DNA from: Acidobacteriota bacterium
GTDB taxonomy: Bacteria > Acidobacteriota > Thermoanaerobaculia > Gp7-AA8
DNA: 64,000 nucleotides
NCBI GenBank assembly: GCA_019244185.1
Contig: JAFATB010000014.1
Span: 320,001 to 384,000 of the forward strand
Reading direction: 5' to 3'
The translations under genes and the position numbers were made by a program. The notes beneath the pieces were generated by a model, which made no database searches, had not been told where the DNA came from, and was given only the letters and a program-made list of their open reading frames with translations. This document shows, piece by piece, positions 1-8,230 of this stretch (its first letter is position 1; each line of letters begins with the position of its first letter).

Positions 1-1737
1 GACTTTCTGCAGGCGCGGGCGGCGCAGGTCGGCGTCGACGAGCAGCACCGGCTTGCCCATCTGCGCGAGCACCGTGGCGAGGTTGACCGAGGTCGTGGTC
101 TTGCCTTCGCGCGCGAACGACGAGGTGATGACGATGACTTTCGGCGAGCTCGCCGACGCGAGCAGCAGCGACGTGCGGAACGCGCGATAGGCCTCGGAGA
201 CGGGCGAGCGCGTGTCGGTGTGCGGAATGAGCTCGACGCCCGCGGTCGGCGGTTGATCCGCCGGCGTCTCGACCGGACGCAGCTTCGCGGGACCGCGGCC
301 GTACGTGTAGCCGTAGCCGCGCTGGTTGTTGATCGTGCCCGCGGCCGGAATGACGCCCAGCGAGGCGAAGCGCGTCATACGCTCGAGCTCTTCCGGCGTC
401 TTGATCGAACGGTCCATGTACTCGAGGAAGAAGATCGCGGCGAGGCCGAGGATCACGCCGAGCGGAAACGCGCTCTGCAGGTTCTTCTTCATCGAGAGGT
501 TGAAGCGCGCGCCGGGGAGCTGCGCGTGATCGACCCAGCGGATGTTCGACGAGGTCGTGCCGTGGATGCGGGCGAGCACCTGCGTTTCGCTGAGCTGCTT
601 CTCGAGCGCGCTGAGGAGCGCCTGCTTCGTCTCGACCTGCATGCGCAGATCGACCCAGTGCGCGGCGTCGACGTTCTGCTTTTCCGCTTCGTGCTGCTGC
701 TCCGCGTACGCGTTGCGCACCGAGGCCTCGCGCGCCTGCGCGGCGGAGTAGACGGCGCGCGCGGACTCGACCGCCTTCTCGTACGCCTGACGGACCGCGG
801 TCGCGCGCGCGGCGCGCGTCTTCTCGATCTGGTCGCGCAGCGCGACCATGATCGGGTGCGCCTCGAGGTACGAGGTGCGTTTCTCGCTGTACTCGCGCTC
901 CTGGCGGGAGAGCTCGTCGGTGAGGCGGCTGACCAGCGGATCTCCGGTGGCCAGCGCTTCCGGCGCCGTGCGCGTCGTCGACTCGAGCGCGGCCTGCTTC
1001 TCGAAGCGGAGGTTCTGCGCGTCGATGACGTCGGCGTTGAGCTGCGTGAGCTTCTGCACCATGACGTTCGAGCCGTCGCTGCCGACCGGCACGATGCCTT
1101 TGTTCTCGCCGTACGCCTGCAGTTCCTGCCGCTTGCGGTCGAGGTCCGTCTTCACGGTCGAGATCTGCCGCGTGAGGAACTCGCTGGCCTGCTGGACGCT
1201 CTCCAGTTTCTGCTCGACATTCAGCTGCTTGAACGACTCACCCCACCCTTCGGCGATCTTCTGCGCGAGGCGCGGCGAGGTGCCTACGTACGAGATCTCG
1301 ACGAGCGAGGTCGCGCGCACCGGATCGACGGAGATCCCGCCGAGCAGGCCGCCGGCCATGCTCTCGGTGATGCGGTGGATCTCGGCGGGCGTGCGGCCGG
1401 CGATGCCGGGCGGATAAAACTCCGGATCGCTCAGCAGGTTGTGATCGGCGATCACGCGCTCGGCGAGGCCGCGCGTGCGCAGCAGGACGTACTGGGTCTG
1501 CAGGAACTCCTGATCCGACGACGGGATGCCGAACAGATCGTCGATGGTCATGCTCTGGTTCTCGCGCTCGATCTGCAGCTGGATCGTCGAGCGGTAGAGC
1601 GGCTGCGAGAAGTAGCTGGCCAGGAAGGTGCCGAGCATCACCACGACGAGGATCGCCGTCGCGACGCTCCAGCGCTTCCGGATGATGTTCCAGTAATGGG
1701 AGAGGTGGACTTCCTGCGTGCTGGTGTTCAGGTCCAT
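1..1737 (-). CDS. wzc: Polysaccharide co-polymerase / BY tyrosine autokinase (Wzc/GumC family), 3' end runs off window
   Basis: Not in ORF track (no stop in window). Manual translation from ATG 1737: MDLNTSTQEVHLSHYWNIIRKRW..., TM, coiled-coil periplasmic part, second TM, then SEAYRAFRTSL and Walker A-like ITSSFAREGKTTTSVNLA, and VLLVDADLR; directly downstream of wza. Confidence 0.93.
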   Translation of the reverse strand, partial: MDLNTSTQEVHLSHYWNIIRKRWSVATAILVVVMLGTFLASYFSQPLYRSTIQLQIERENQSMTIDDLFGIPSSDQEFLQTQYVLLRTRGLAERVIADHNLLSDPEFYPPGIAGRTPAEIHRITESMAGGLLGGISVDPVRATSLVEISYVGTSPRLAQKIAEGWGESFKQLNVEQKLESVQQASEFLTRQISTVKTDLDRKRQELQAYGENKGIVPVGSDGSNVMVQKLTQLNADVIDAQNLRFEKQAALESTTRTAPEALATGDPLVSRLTDELSRQEREYSEKRTSYLEAHPIMVALRDQIEKTRAARATAVRQAYEKAVESARAVYSAAQAREASVRNAYAEQQHEAEKQNVDAAHWVDLRMQVETKQALLSALEKQLSETQVLARIHGTTSSNIRWVDHAQLPGARFNLSMKKNLQSAFPLGVILGLAAIFFLEYMDRSIKTPEELERMTRFASLGVIPAAGTINNQRGYGYTYGRGPAKLRPVETPADQPPTAGVELIPHTDTRSPVSEAYRAFRTSLLLASASSPKVIVITSSFAREGKTTTSVNLATVLAQMGKPVLLVDADLRRPRLQKV

Positions 1738-1755
1738 GGTCGCCCCGTCGCTCTA

Positions 1756-2592
1756 TCAGAATAGAGCTTCGTCGACGACGACGGTATCGTTATCGAGGAG
1801 AACGACGTCGCGCACCCGGCCGCGGACGATGTTCTTGTAGTCGGCGCGGAGGGTCGTTTCCTTCCCGTTCACCATGCGCTTGATGATGATCTTGCGCGAG
1901 GCGCGGTCGGTGAGACCGCCGGCGTCGGCGATGGCCTGGAGGAGCGTCGGCGTCTGCGAGCGGCGGAACTGCGCCTTGCCCGGACGCATGACTTCGCCCG
2001 TGACGTAGACGGTGACCGGCGTGTCGAGCGGCACGTTCACGAGGTCATTGGGCGCGAGCGGGATGTTGAGGTCGGCGTTGCCGTTGACCATCAGGTCTTC
2101 GATGTCGATCGCGACCTGCTCGCTGAGACCGTTGCGTCCCGTGCGCAGCACGTAGAGCTCGCGGCCGTAGCCGGGAGTGAGTCCGCCCGCCTGCGTGATG
2201 GCCTGGATGAGCGTGGTGTTGCCGGTGGCGCCGATGCGTCCCGGACGCACGACAGCGCCGACGACGGAAATCGGTTTGCTCGCGAACTCGACGACCTGCA
2301 CCGAGACGGTCGCCTTCGTGATGAAGCTCGTCTCGAGCAGCGTCTTGAGGCGCGCCTCGATCTGCGAGGCGGTGAGACCGGCGACCTGCACTTTGCCGAC
2401 GACGTTGAGCGCGACCGAGCCGTCGTCGTTGATCACCGTGCGGCCGCTCATGGTCGGGTCTTCGAGCACCTTGATGTCGAGCGTATCGCGCGGACCGACG
2501 GGGGAGTCGTTCGAAAGGATCGGGAGCTCCTGCGCCGACGCGAACGTCGCCAGGACCACGATCAGGCTGAGGAACCATCCACGAAGCTTCAT
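1756..2592 (-). CDS. wza: Polysaccharide export protein (Wza/Poly_export with SLBB repeats)
   Basis: Signal peptide, VGPRDTLDIKV...DGSVALNVVGKVQVAGLT (Poly_export), two SLBB-like repeats (TLIQAITQAGG, TLLQAIADAGG); start 2592 or 2607. Confidence 0.9.
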   Translation of the reverse strand: MKLRGWFLSLIVVLATFASAQELPILSNDSPVGPRDTLDIKVLEDPTMSGRTVINDDGSVALNVVGKVQVAGLTASQIEARLKTLLETSFITKATVSVQVVEFASKPISVVGAVVRPGRIGATGNTTLIQAITQAGGLTPGYGRELYVLRTGRNGLSEQVAIDIEDLMVNGNADLNIPLAPNDLVNVPLDTPVTVYVTGEVMRPGKAQFRRSQTPTLLQAIADAGGLTDRASRKIIIKRMVNGKETTLRADYKNIVRGRVRDVVLLDNDTVVVDEALF

Positions 2593-2701
2593 CGGCGTCT
2601 CTCGCAAACTCGTCCGCTGACCGCCGCCGGGCGCATCCTGCGCGCCGGCAGCGGGAAGAACGGACTCACACTTCCCGACCAGGACCGATTTCAGTCCTGC
2701 A

Positions 2702-2737
2702 CACGCTACCGTCCTCTTGTCACCGCCACGATGACAA
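2702..2737 (-). promoter_or_regulatory. ops/JUMPstart-like element (hairpin followed by GACGGTAGCGTG)
   Basis: Minus strand reads TTGTCATCG-TGG-CGGTGACAA (stem-loop, 2717-2737) then GAG GACGGTAGCGTG, an 11/12 match to ops GGCGGTAGCGTG, in sense orientation about 110 nt upstream of wza. Confidence 0.6.
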
Positions 2738-2795
2738 AACCGTCAGTCGTGCGTGAAAACCACAGAGGGGCCTTTTTTATTTTGGACCTTGGACC

Positions 2796-4040
2796 TTACG
2801 GGGTAAACGACAAGTGCAGGACATAGCGTATTCCGGAGTCTTCGTCTCCGAACGCCGTGGTCGTGCGCTCGTAGTAGCCGACATCGATGCCGGCGCGAAT
2901 GCGACGCAGGGTGTAGAGGAAACCGACGCTGTTGAAGGTGACGGTGTCGCGGCGCAGGCGCCCGAGGACCGGCGTGTCGAACCGGTCGTGCTCGTAGGCG
3001 CTGTTGGCGCGCAGCGAGAGACGGCGCGAGGCGATGTAGTCCACGCCCACCTGCGCGGTGTCGGCGACGAAGTAGTTGTTGTCGACGAAGATCGCGAAGC
3101 CGAGGTCGCGGTTGGCGTTGAGCGAGTACGTCCAGCGCCCGTTGCCGCGCGTCGCGGCGAACGCGCCCTGAATGCCCTGATAGTCGCGCTGCGTCGGATC
3201 GTCGAAGCGCAGCCGCGCCGGCCCCGCCTCGAGACGCATCGACGTGCGGCCGCGGTCGTAGAGCAGTCCGGCGCTGGTGTAGAGGCGCTGGCTGTTCTTG
3301 TACGTCGCGCGGCTGAAGTCGTACTCGCTCCCTTCCGCCGCGAGGAAGAACGACGTCAGCGGAAAGGTCTTGTGCACGAGCGAGACGCGCGCGTTCTTCT
3401 CGGTCCGGTTGAGCAGCGAGACGTCGCGCGCGGGATCGGCCGGCTGCAGGCGGTTCGGCGGGTACTTGTCGTCGATGTAGCGCACCGTGAAGATGCCGCT
3501 CGTCCGGCTCGAGTACTTCGCCTCGCCCGACAGTCCGGTCTCGCGCGATTTCAGCGTCGCCAGCGTGTTGACGTCGGCCACGTGCGCGCGCAGCTGATCC
3601 GACTGCGCGGTGTACAGATCGAGATACAGATGGTTGAGCAAAAAGTGCGCGTCGCCGCGCGCCGCGTAGTTGAACTGCCCGCGTTTGTCGCCGCTCGAGA
3701 GGAAGCTGTATCCGGGGATCACCTCCGCGGAGAGGACGATCTTCCGCTGCGGGACGAAGTACAGCCGGTTCGGCGCCTCGACCGTGAGCGACACGCCGCC
3801 CGTGCTGTCGCTGGTCGGGACGTAGTAGTCCTCGCTGTATCCCGCGTCGCCGATGCGCAGGCGCGAGAAGAGGTAGAACGGACCGCTGTGAAAGTTCGCC
3901 TGCTGCAGATCGGAGGCGACTTTCTTCGCGCCCGCGAGATCGGGGTCGCGATCACGCATGCGTTGCGCGTCCTGTGCAAACGCAAGGATCGGTACTGCGA
4001 TGATGATGAAGAAGGTTCGGACCAGATGGCGAAGGCTCAC
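2796..4040 (-). CDS. Putative outer-membrane beta-barrel protein associated with polysaccharide export
   Basis: Signal peptide (FFIIIAVPILAFAQ), alternating aromatic beta-strand pattern, C-terminal YVLHLSFTP; upstream of wza; GTG start at 4040 or 4046 after AAGGAG. Confidence 0.7.
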   Translation of the reverse strand: MSLRHLVRTFFIIIAVPILAFAQDAQRMRDRDPDLAGAKKVASDLQQANFHSGPFYLFSRLRIGDAGYSEDYYVPTSDSTGGVSLTVEAPNRLYFVPQRKIVLSAEVIPGYSFLSSGDKRGQFNYAARGDAHFLLNHLYLDLYTAQSDQLRAHVADVNTLATLKSRETGLSGEAKYSSRTSGIFTVRYIDDKYPPNRLQPADPARDVSLLNRTEKNARVSLVHKTFPLTSFFLAAEGSEYDFSRATYKNSQRLYTSAGLLYDRGRTSMRLEAGPARLRFDDPTQRDYQGIQGAFAATRGNGRWTYSLNANRDLGFAIFVDNNYFVADTAQVGVDYIASRRLSLRANSAYEHDRFDTPVLGRLRRDTVTFNSVGFLYTLRRIRAGIDVGYYERTTTAFGDEDSGIRYVLHLSFTP

Positions 4041-4125
4041 TCCCACACGGCTCCTTCCGCCTAAGCGCTGAATTCGCGCGAGTTTAGCACGGAGATCCGG
4101 TGCAGCCGCTACAATGCGGCAACCG

Positions 4126-5592
4126 ATGCCAACGAGCGTGCGCTGGATTCCGATTGCGGAACGCGGGTGCCTCGTGGTGTTCTTCGCCTGGCTGGCGGCG
4201 CTGCCGCTGCCGTTCGGCTCCGTCGTCGAAGGCGCGCGCCTGCCGCTCATCGCCGTGCCGCTCGCGCTCTGCACGATCGCCGCGCTGCTCCGCTACTACG
4301 CGACGCGCGACCGCACGAACACCGCGCAGCCGACGCGCGCGTGGCTCATCTGGGCCCTCGGCGGATTTCTCTTCGTGCTCGTGGGCGCCGCGCAGCTCGT
4401 GCCGCTGCCGTCGTCCGTGCTGCGCATCGTCTCGCCGGAATCCGACGTGATCTGGGCGCGCGCTTCCGCCGTCGCCGCGCTGGCCGGCGTCCGCGGCGGC
4501 ACCGCGCATCCCGTGACGATCGATCCCGCCGCGACGAAGCTCGAGGTGCTGCGCATGATGGCGCTCCTCGGGACGTTTCTCTTCTGCGCGCTGCAGATGC
4601 GCCATCACGTGCGGCGCATGCTGCTCGCCGCGGTGCTCTGCCTCGCCGCGCTGTTCGAGACGCTGTACGGCGTGCGCGAGGCGGTGATGCAGCGCTACGC
4701 GATCTGGGGTTGGGTGAACCGGCTGATCTTCAACCGCGTCACCGGCACGTTCGTGAACCCGAACCACTTCGCCCACTACATCGCCATCGTGCTGCCGATG
4801 GCGGTGTTCCTCATCGCGCTGGCGTGGCACGACGCGGGACCGCCGCGGGTGAAGGTCGTGCGTCGGCTCGCCGCGCTCGTCGAGCACCAGCTGTTCTTCG
4901 TCGGCTTCGCGGTGCTCTCGATCATCGCCTGCCTTTCCGCGATGCTGCTCGCGTCCTCACGCGGCGCGCTGCTCGCGCTGGCCGCCGGCTTTCTCGGCTG
5001 CGGCGCGCTCCTGCCCGGACGCCGCGTGCTGCGCGTGACGCTCGCCGCCGCGGCAGGCGCCGTCGTGCTCACGGCGCTCATCTTTTTCCTCGGCATCGGA
5101 CGGACGGTCGGACGCTTCACGCCGAGCGCGGGCGAGCGCGAGACGTTCGGGGGACGCCGCGTCGGCATCACCGCCGCCGCGCGCGTCTGGGAGCGTTTCT
5201 CCCTCCTCGGCAGCGGCCTCGGCACCTTCAGCCGCGTCGTGTCGATGGAACAGCGCGAAGACCTCGACCGCCTCTACAACCATGCGCACAACGACTACAT
5301 GGAGTTCGCCGCCACGAGCGGCACGCTCGGCATCGTCATCGCTCTGGTCACGCTTCTCGGCGGCACCATCACGCTCGTGCGCATGACGTTTGGCGCCGCG
5401 TCGAAGGAGCTCTCCTGGCGCCGGCGCGCGTATCAGGCCGCCGCGCTGACGAGCATCTTCATCGCCATGGTCCACGCCCTCGTCGACTTCAACTTCTTCA
5501 TCCCCGCGAACCCCGCGACGCTCGCCGCCATCGCCGGCGCGGCGGTGGCGACGGTCGATCACGATTTGCGCGCGCGTCGCGCGTCGGTGTGA
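4126..5592 (+). CDS. O-antigen ligase family (Wzy_C) membrane protein
   Basis: Many TM segments; RVTGTFVNPNHFA, SSRGA, GSGLGTF, HAHNDYME, HALVDFNF motifs; start 4114 or 4126. Confidence 0.88.
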   Translation: MPTSVRWIPIAERGCLVVFFAWLAALPLPFGSVVEGARLPLIAVPLALCTIAALLRYYATRDRTNTAQPTRAWLIWALGGFLFVLVGAAQLVPLPSSVLRIVSPESDVIWARASAVAALAGVRGGTAHPVTIDPAATKLEVLRMMALLGTFLFCALQMRHHVRRMLLAAVLCLAALFETLYGVREAVMQRYAIWGWVNRLIFNRVTGTFVNPNHFAHYIAIVLPMAVFLIALAWHDAGPPRVKVVRRLAALVEHQLFFVGFAVLSIIACLSAMLLASSRGALLALAAGFLGCGALLPGRRVLRVTLAAAAGAVVLTALIFFLGIGRTVGRFTPSAGERETFGGRRVGITAAARVWERFSLLGSGLGTFSRVVSMEQREDLDRLYNHAHNDYMEFAATSGTLGIVIALVTLLGGTITLVRMTFGAASKELSWRRRAYQAAALTSIFIAMVHALVDFNFFIPANPATLAAIAGAAVATVDHDLRARRASV

Positions 5593-5607
5593 GCGGTCGA
5601 AGGCGCG

Positions 5608-6201
5608 TCACTCCGCCGCGGGCTCGTTCTTCTTCCGCCCACGGAACTGCTGCGTCGCCTGATAGGCGCGTCGCATGCGCTCGTAGTACGGCCGCATGTA
5701 GGCGTCCTCGGGCCGGCTGCGTCTGAAATAGATGCCGAGGATCCGGTAAATCTGCAGGATGGCCGTACCGAGGCGGTGCTTCCGTTTCAGGTTCGCCGCC
5801 TCGATTCCGTCGAGGATGGCCCGTAGTTCGACGATCACTTCTTCCCACCGGCGGATCTCTTCCTGCTCCTGACGCAACTCCTCACCGCTCCGCTTCGCGA
5901 TGAGCTGCGTGTCGCGCCAGACCTCCGCCGCGTGCAGCCCGCTTTCGATGAACTCCGCATCGAGGTTCGCCGCGCGTGCGCGCGATCGCTTTTCCCGTAC
6001 CGACAATTGCGTGAACCCCGGGATGCGCTGCTGCAGCTGCCGCAATCCCTCGACGAGCATCTCCGGCTCGGCCACCGCAGGCGGAGCCGCCTGCACCGGC
6101 GCCAGGAGCTCCGTCGCCACGGCAACGGGTGCCGGTGCCGTTTCGGCTGCTTCGACTGTGACCGCAGGAGGCGCGGAATCGTGCGGATCATCGGCAGACA
6201 T
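5608..6201 (-). CDS. Hypothetical alpha-helical protein with basic C-terminus
   Basis: 197-aa ORF from ATG 6201 (MSADDPH...), Ala/Pro-rich N-terminus, helical charged core, basic tail FRGRKK; CATAAT 6 nt upstream of ATG. Confidence 0.7.
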   Translation of the reverse strand: MSADDPHDSAPPAVTVEAAETAPAPVAVATELLAPVQAAPPAVAEPEMLVEGLRQLQQRIPGFTQLSVREKRSRARAANLDAEFIESGLHAAEVWRDTQLIAKRSGEELRQEQEEIRRWEEVIVELRAILDGIEAANLKRKHRLGTAILQIYRILGIYFRRSRPEDAYMRPYYERMRRAYQATQQFRGRKKNEPAAE

Positions 6202-6227
6202 GACTTGATTATGCAGAAACGAACGCG

Positions 6228-6497
6228 CCGCGCACGCGCGGATTCGTTGCCGCGATGCACGATCGATATCCAGCGATATCGACCATCCCCTCCGCGATCG
6301 CATGAATCCGAGGCGACGACGCACGATGGATATGGCCCGACCTTAATCGCGCTCGCCGCGATCGCATGAATGCGTGCGTCGAACGCGCGAGGGATATGAG
6401 GTGATATCCGTCATGGCTTCTGTGATCGGGTGAACGTGTGCGGCGCACGCACGATTGATGTGGGGTGATATCGATCGCGGTCGCAGCGATCGCGCGC
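6228..6497. repeat. Degenerate tandem array, 4 full units plus 1 partial, exact 64-bp period
   Basis: Units start at 6228, 6292, 6356, 6420 and 6484 and align without gaps; shared blocks CCGCGATCGCATGAAT (pos 1-16), ACGCACGATNGATAT (28-42), GATATC (48-53). Confidence 0.8.
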
Positions 6498-7049
6498 TCA
6501 CGACGCCACCGCGTGCTGCTCGATGACTGTGGTCAGCGAATGGCCGTTGATGTCGAGATAGACGTGACGCTCGGTCACGGACAGCGACAGCTTCACCCGC
6601 CGCTCGAATCGCTCCGCCACCTCTTTGATGAATCCGGCGCCGAACGTGTAGATCGCGATCTCCTCGGCGCGGTGGATGCGCTTGCCCTCCAGTTGCCCGA
6701 GGAGGATGCGGACGTCGCGGTGGCAATAGACGGCGACGTGTGGCGCGAGCTTGCTCGCGCGGTGCAGGCGCGAGGCGTCGGGTACGCCGACCTCGATCCA
6801 CGCCGTGAGGCGGCCGGTGAGGTCGCGCGCCACGATGGCCGGTTCGTCGGTGTCGGACAGGCCGGCGGCGCTCATTTCGATGCCGTCCGTGTATTCGAGG
6901 CAGTAGGCGAGGAGGCGCGTGGCCATGTACTCCATCGCCTCGGATGGATGCAGCGCCAGGCGCAACTCGAATGACTCGTAGACGCCGCGGTCGACGTCGC
7001 TGAGCTCGACCGACGCGTTGTAGATCGTCGAAGTCAGCGCCATCGTCAC
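6498..7049 (-). CDS. yaeQ: YaeQ family protein
   Basis: MALTSTIY...LSDVDRGVY...LALHPSE...RLLAYCL...GLSDTDEP...WIEVGVPD family motifs. Confidence 0.9.
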   Translation of the reverse strand: MTMALTSTIYNASVELSDVDRGVYESFELRLALHPSEAMEYMATRLLAYCLEYTDGIEMSAAGLSDTDEPAIVARDLTGRLTAWIEVGVPDASRLHRASKLAPHVAVYCHRDVRILLGQLEGKRIHRAEEIAIYTFGAGFIKEVAERFERRVKLSLSVTERHVYLDINGHSLTTVIEQHAVAS

Positions 7050-7441
7050 TCCGGCCGCAGGCGCACGAGCTTCTCGAACAGATGGTCGAGCGCGGTTTGC
7101 GGCTCCTCGTGCACGCCCGAGTGAACGTCCGACGTCTGGATGATCGTGCTGCGCGGCGCGACGAGCCAGTGAAAACGTGCGCGCTGCGGCAATGCGCCGA
7201 TCGAGCCCGCCTCGCCGCCGCCCGCGCAGATCTTCGGAATCGCGTCGAGGTAGCTCTCGACGAGCGGCAGGTCGGCCGACGGCGCGAGGGCGCGCAGCCG
7301 CTGCCGATCGAGCTCGATGCGGCAGTCGAGAAAGGCGCGCGTCGAGCAGAAGACGATCACGCCCGCGTTCACGAACTCGCCTCGCTCCACGCGCGGGACG
7401 ACGCGGATCACCGCGTAGTCAAACGCGAAGCGTTCGCGCAC
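7046..7441 (-). CDS. DUF3037 domain protein
   Basis: FDYAVIRVVPRVERGEFVNAGV...RFHWLVAPRSTIIQTSDVHSG...LFEKLV; overlaps upstream kinase. Confidence 0.85.
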   Translation of the reverse strand: MRERFAFDYAVIRVVPRVERGEFVNAGVIVFCSTRAFLDCRIELDRQRLRALAPSADLPLVESYLDAIPKICAGGGEAGSIGALPQRARFHWLVAPRSTIIQTSDVHSGVHEEPQTALDHLFEKLVRLRPE

Positions 7442-8186
7442 GCACGGCCTCCTCCACCCACTCGCGCGGCGTCTCGAGGCGCTGCAGCAGGTACTCGCGA
7501 TAGACGTCGCGGCTCGGTCCCTCCTCCAGCCACGCGTCGGGAATCAGCGCCAGCACGCCGTCGATCGCCTCCGCGGTCAGCCGCGGCGCGAGCTGCGCAT
7601 CGGCGGCGCGCAGGTCGTCGGCCCACGGCAGCAGGACGTGATCGCGGATCGCCGCGAACGGCGTGCGGCTGCGCTCGCGATAGCTCTCCCACTGGTGGTG
7701 AAAAATCAGCGTCGCGCCGTGATCGATCATCCAGACCTTGCGGTGCCAGACGAGGAGATTCGTGTTCTTCGCCGTCCGGTCGACGTTGGTCACCAGCGCG
7801 TCGAACCAGACGATGGCCGAGGCGAGCGCGCGCTGCGCGTCGATGGCCAGATCGACGATCGGGTCGAAGGTGATCGAGCCGGGGAGGTAGTCGAGCGCGA
7901 GATTGAGGCCGGCGCTCTTCTGCAGCAGCTCCTGGATCTCGGGATCGGGCTCGGTCTTGGCCATGCGCGGATCGAGCTCGGCGAAGACGATCTCCGGCAC
8001 GGGCAGGCCGAGGATGCGGGCCAGCTCGCCGGAGACCAGCTCGGCGATGAGCGCGCGGATGCCCTGGCCCGCGCCGCGGAACTTGAGCACGTACGTGCCG
8101 TCGTCGTCGCCGGCCACGATGGCCGGCAGCGAGCCGCCTTCGCGCAGCGGCATGACGTATTCCGTCGGGATGATGGTGCGCAGCAT
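7419..8186 (-). CDS. HipA-like kinase (HipA_2 type)
   Basis: C-terminal part of the 783-aa ORF from ATG 8186: YVMPLREGGSLP, YVLKFRGAGQG, NVDRTAKNTNLL, WMIDHGA kinase motifs; usual partner of DUF3037. Confidence 0.85.
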   Translation of the reverse strand: MLRTIIPTEYVMPLREGGSLPAIVAGDDDGTYVLKFRGAGQGIRALIAELVSGELARILGLPVPEIVFAELDPRMAKTEPDPEIQELLQKSAGLNLALDYLPGSITFDPIVDLAIDAQRALASAIVWFDALVTNVDRTAKNTNLLVWHRKVWMIDHGATLIFHHQWESYRERSRTPFAAIRDHVLLPWADDLRAADAQLAPRLTAEAIDGVLALIPDAWLEEGPSRDVYREYLLQRLETPREWVEEAVRARTLRV

Positions 8187-8230
8187 GCGAGGGGAGATGA
8201 TACGCGGCGCGTCGCGTCGTGCGCGCCGCG

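Noticed and set aside
220-1764. 514-aa plus-strand ORF and many other long Arg/Ala-rich ORFs (e.g. 10728-12527, 27300-29126, 29041-31569, 41033-42937)
   Set aside because: Antisense or off-frame shadows of well-supported genes, typical of high-GC DNA; no family motifs.
2757-2795. GGGGCC plus T-run as an intrinsic terminator
   Set aside because: The stem is weak and the T-run is on the plus strand while flanking genes are on the minus strand; it may be an AT-rich promoter element, but this cannot be supported.
6228-6497. CRISPR array interpretation of the 64-bp repeats
   Set aside because: No identical direct repeat with unique 30-40-nt spacers, and no cas genes in the window; conservation is split into several short blocks.
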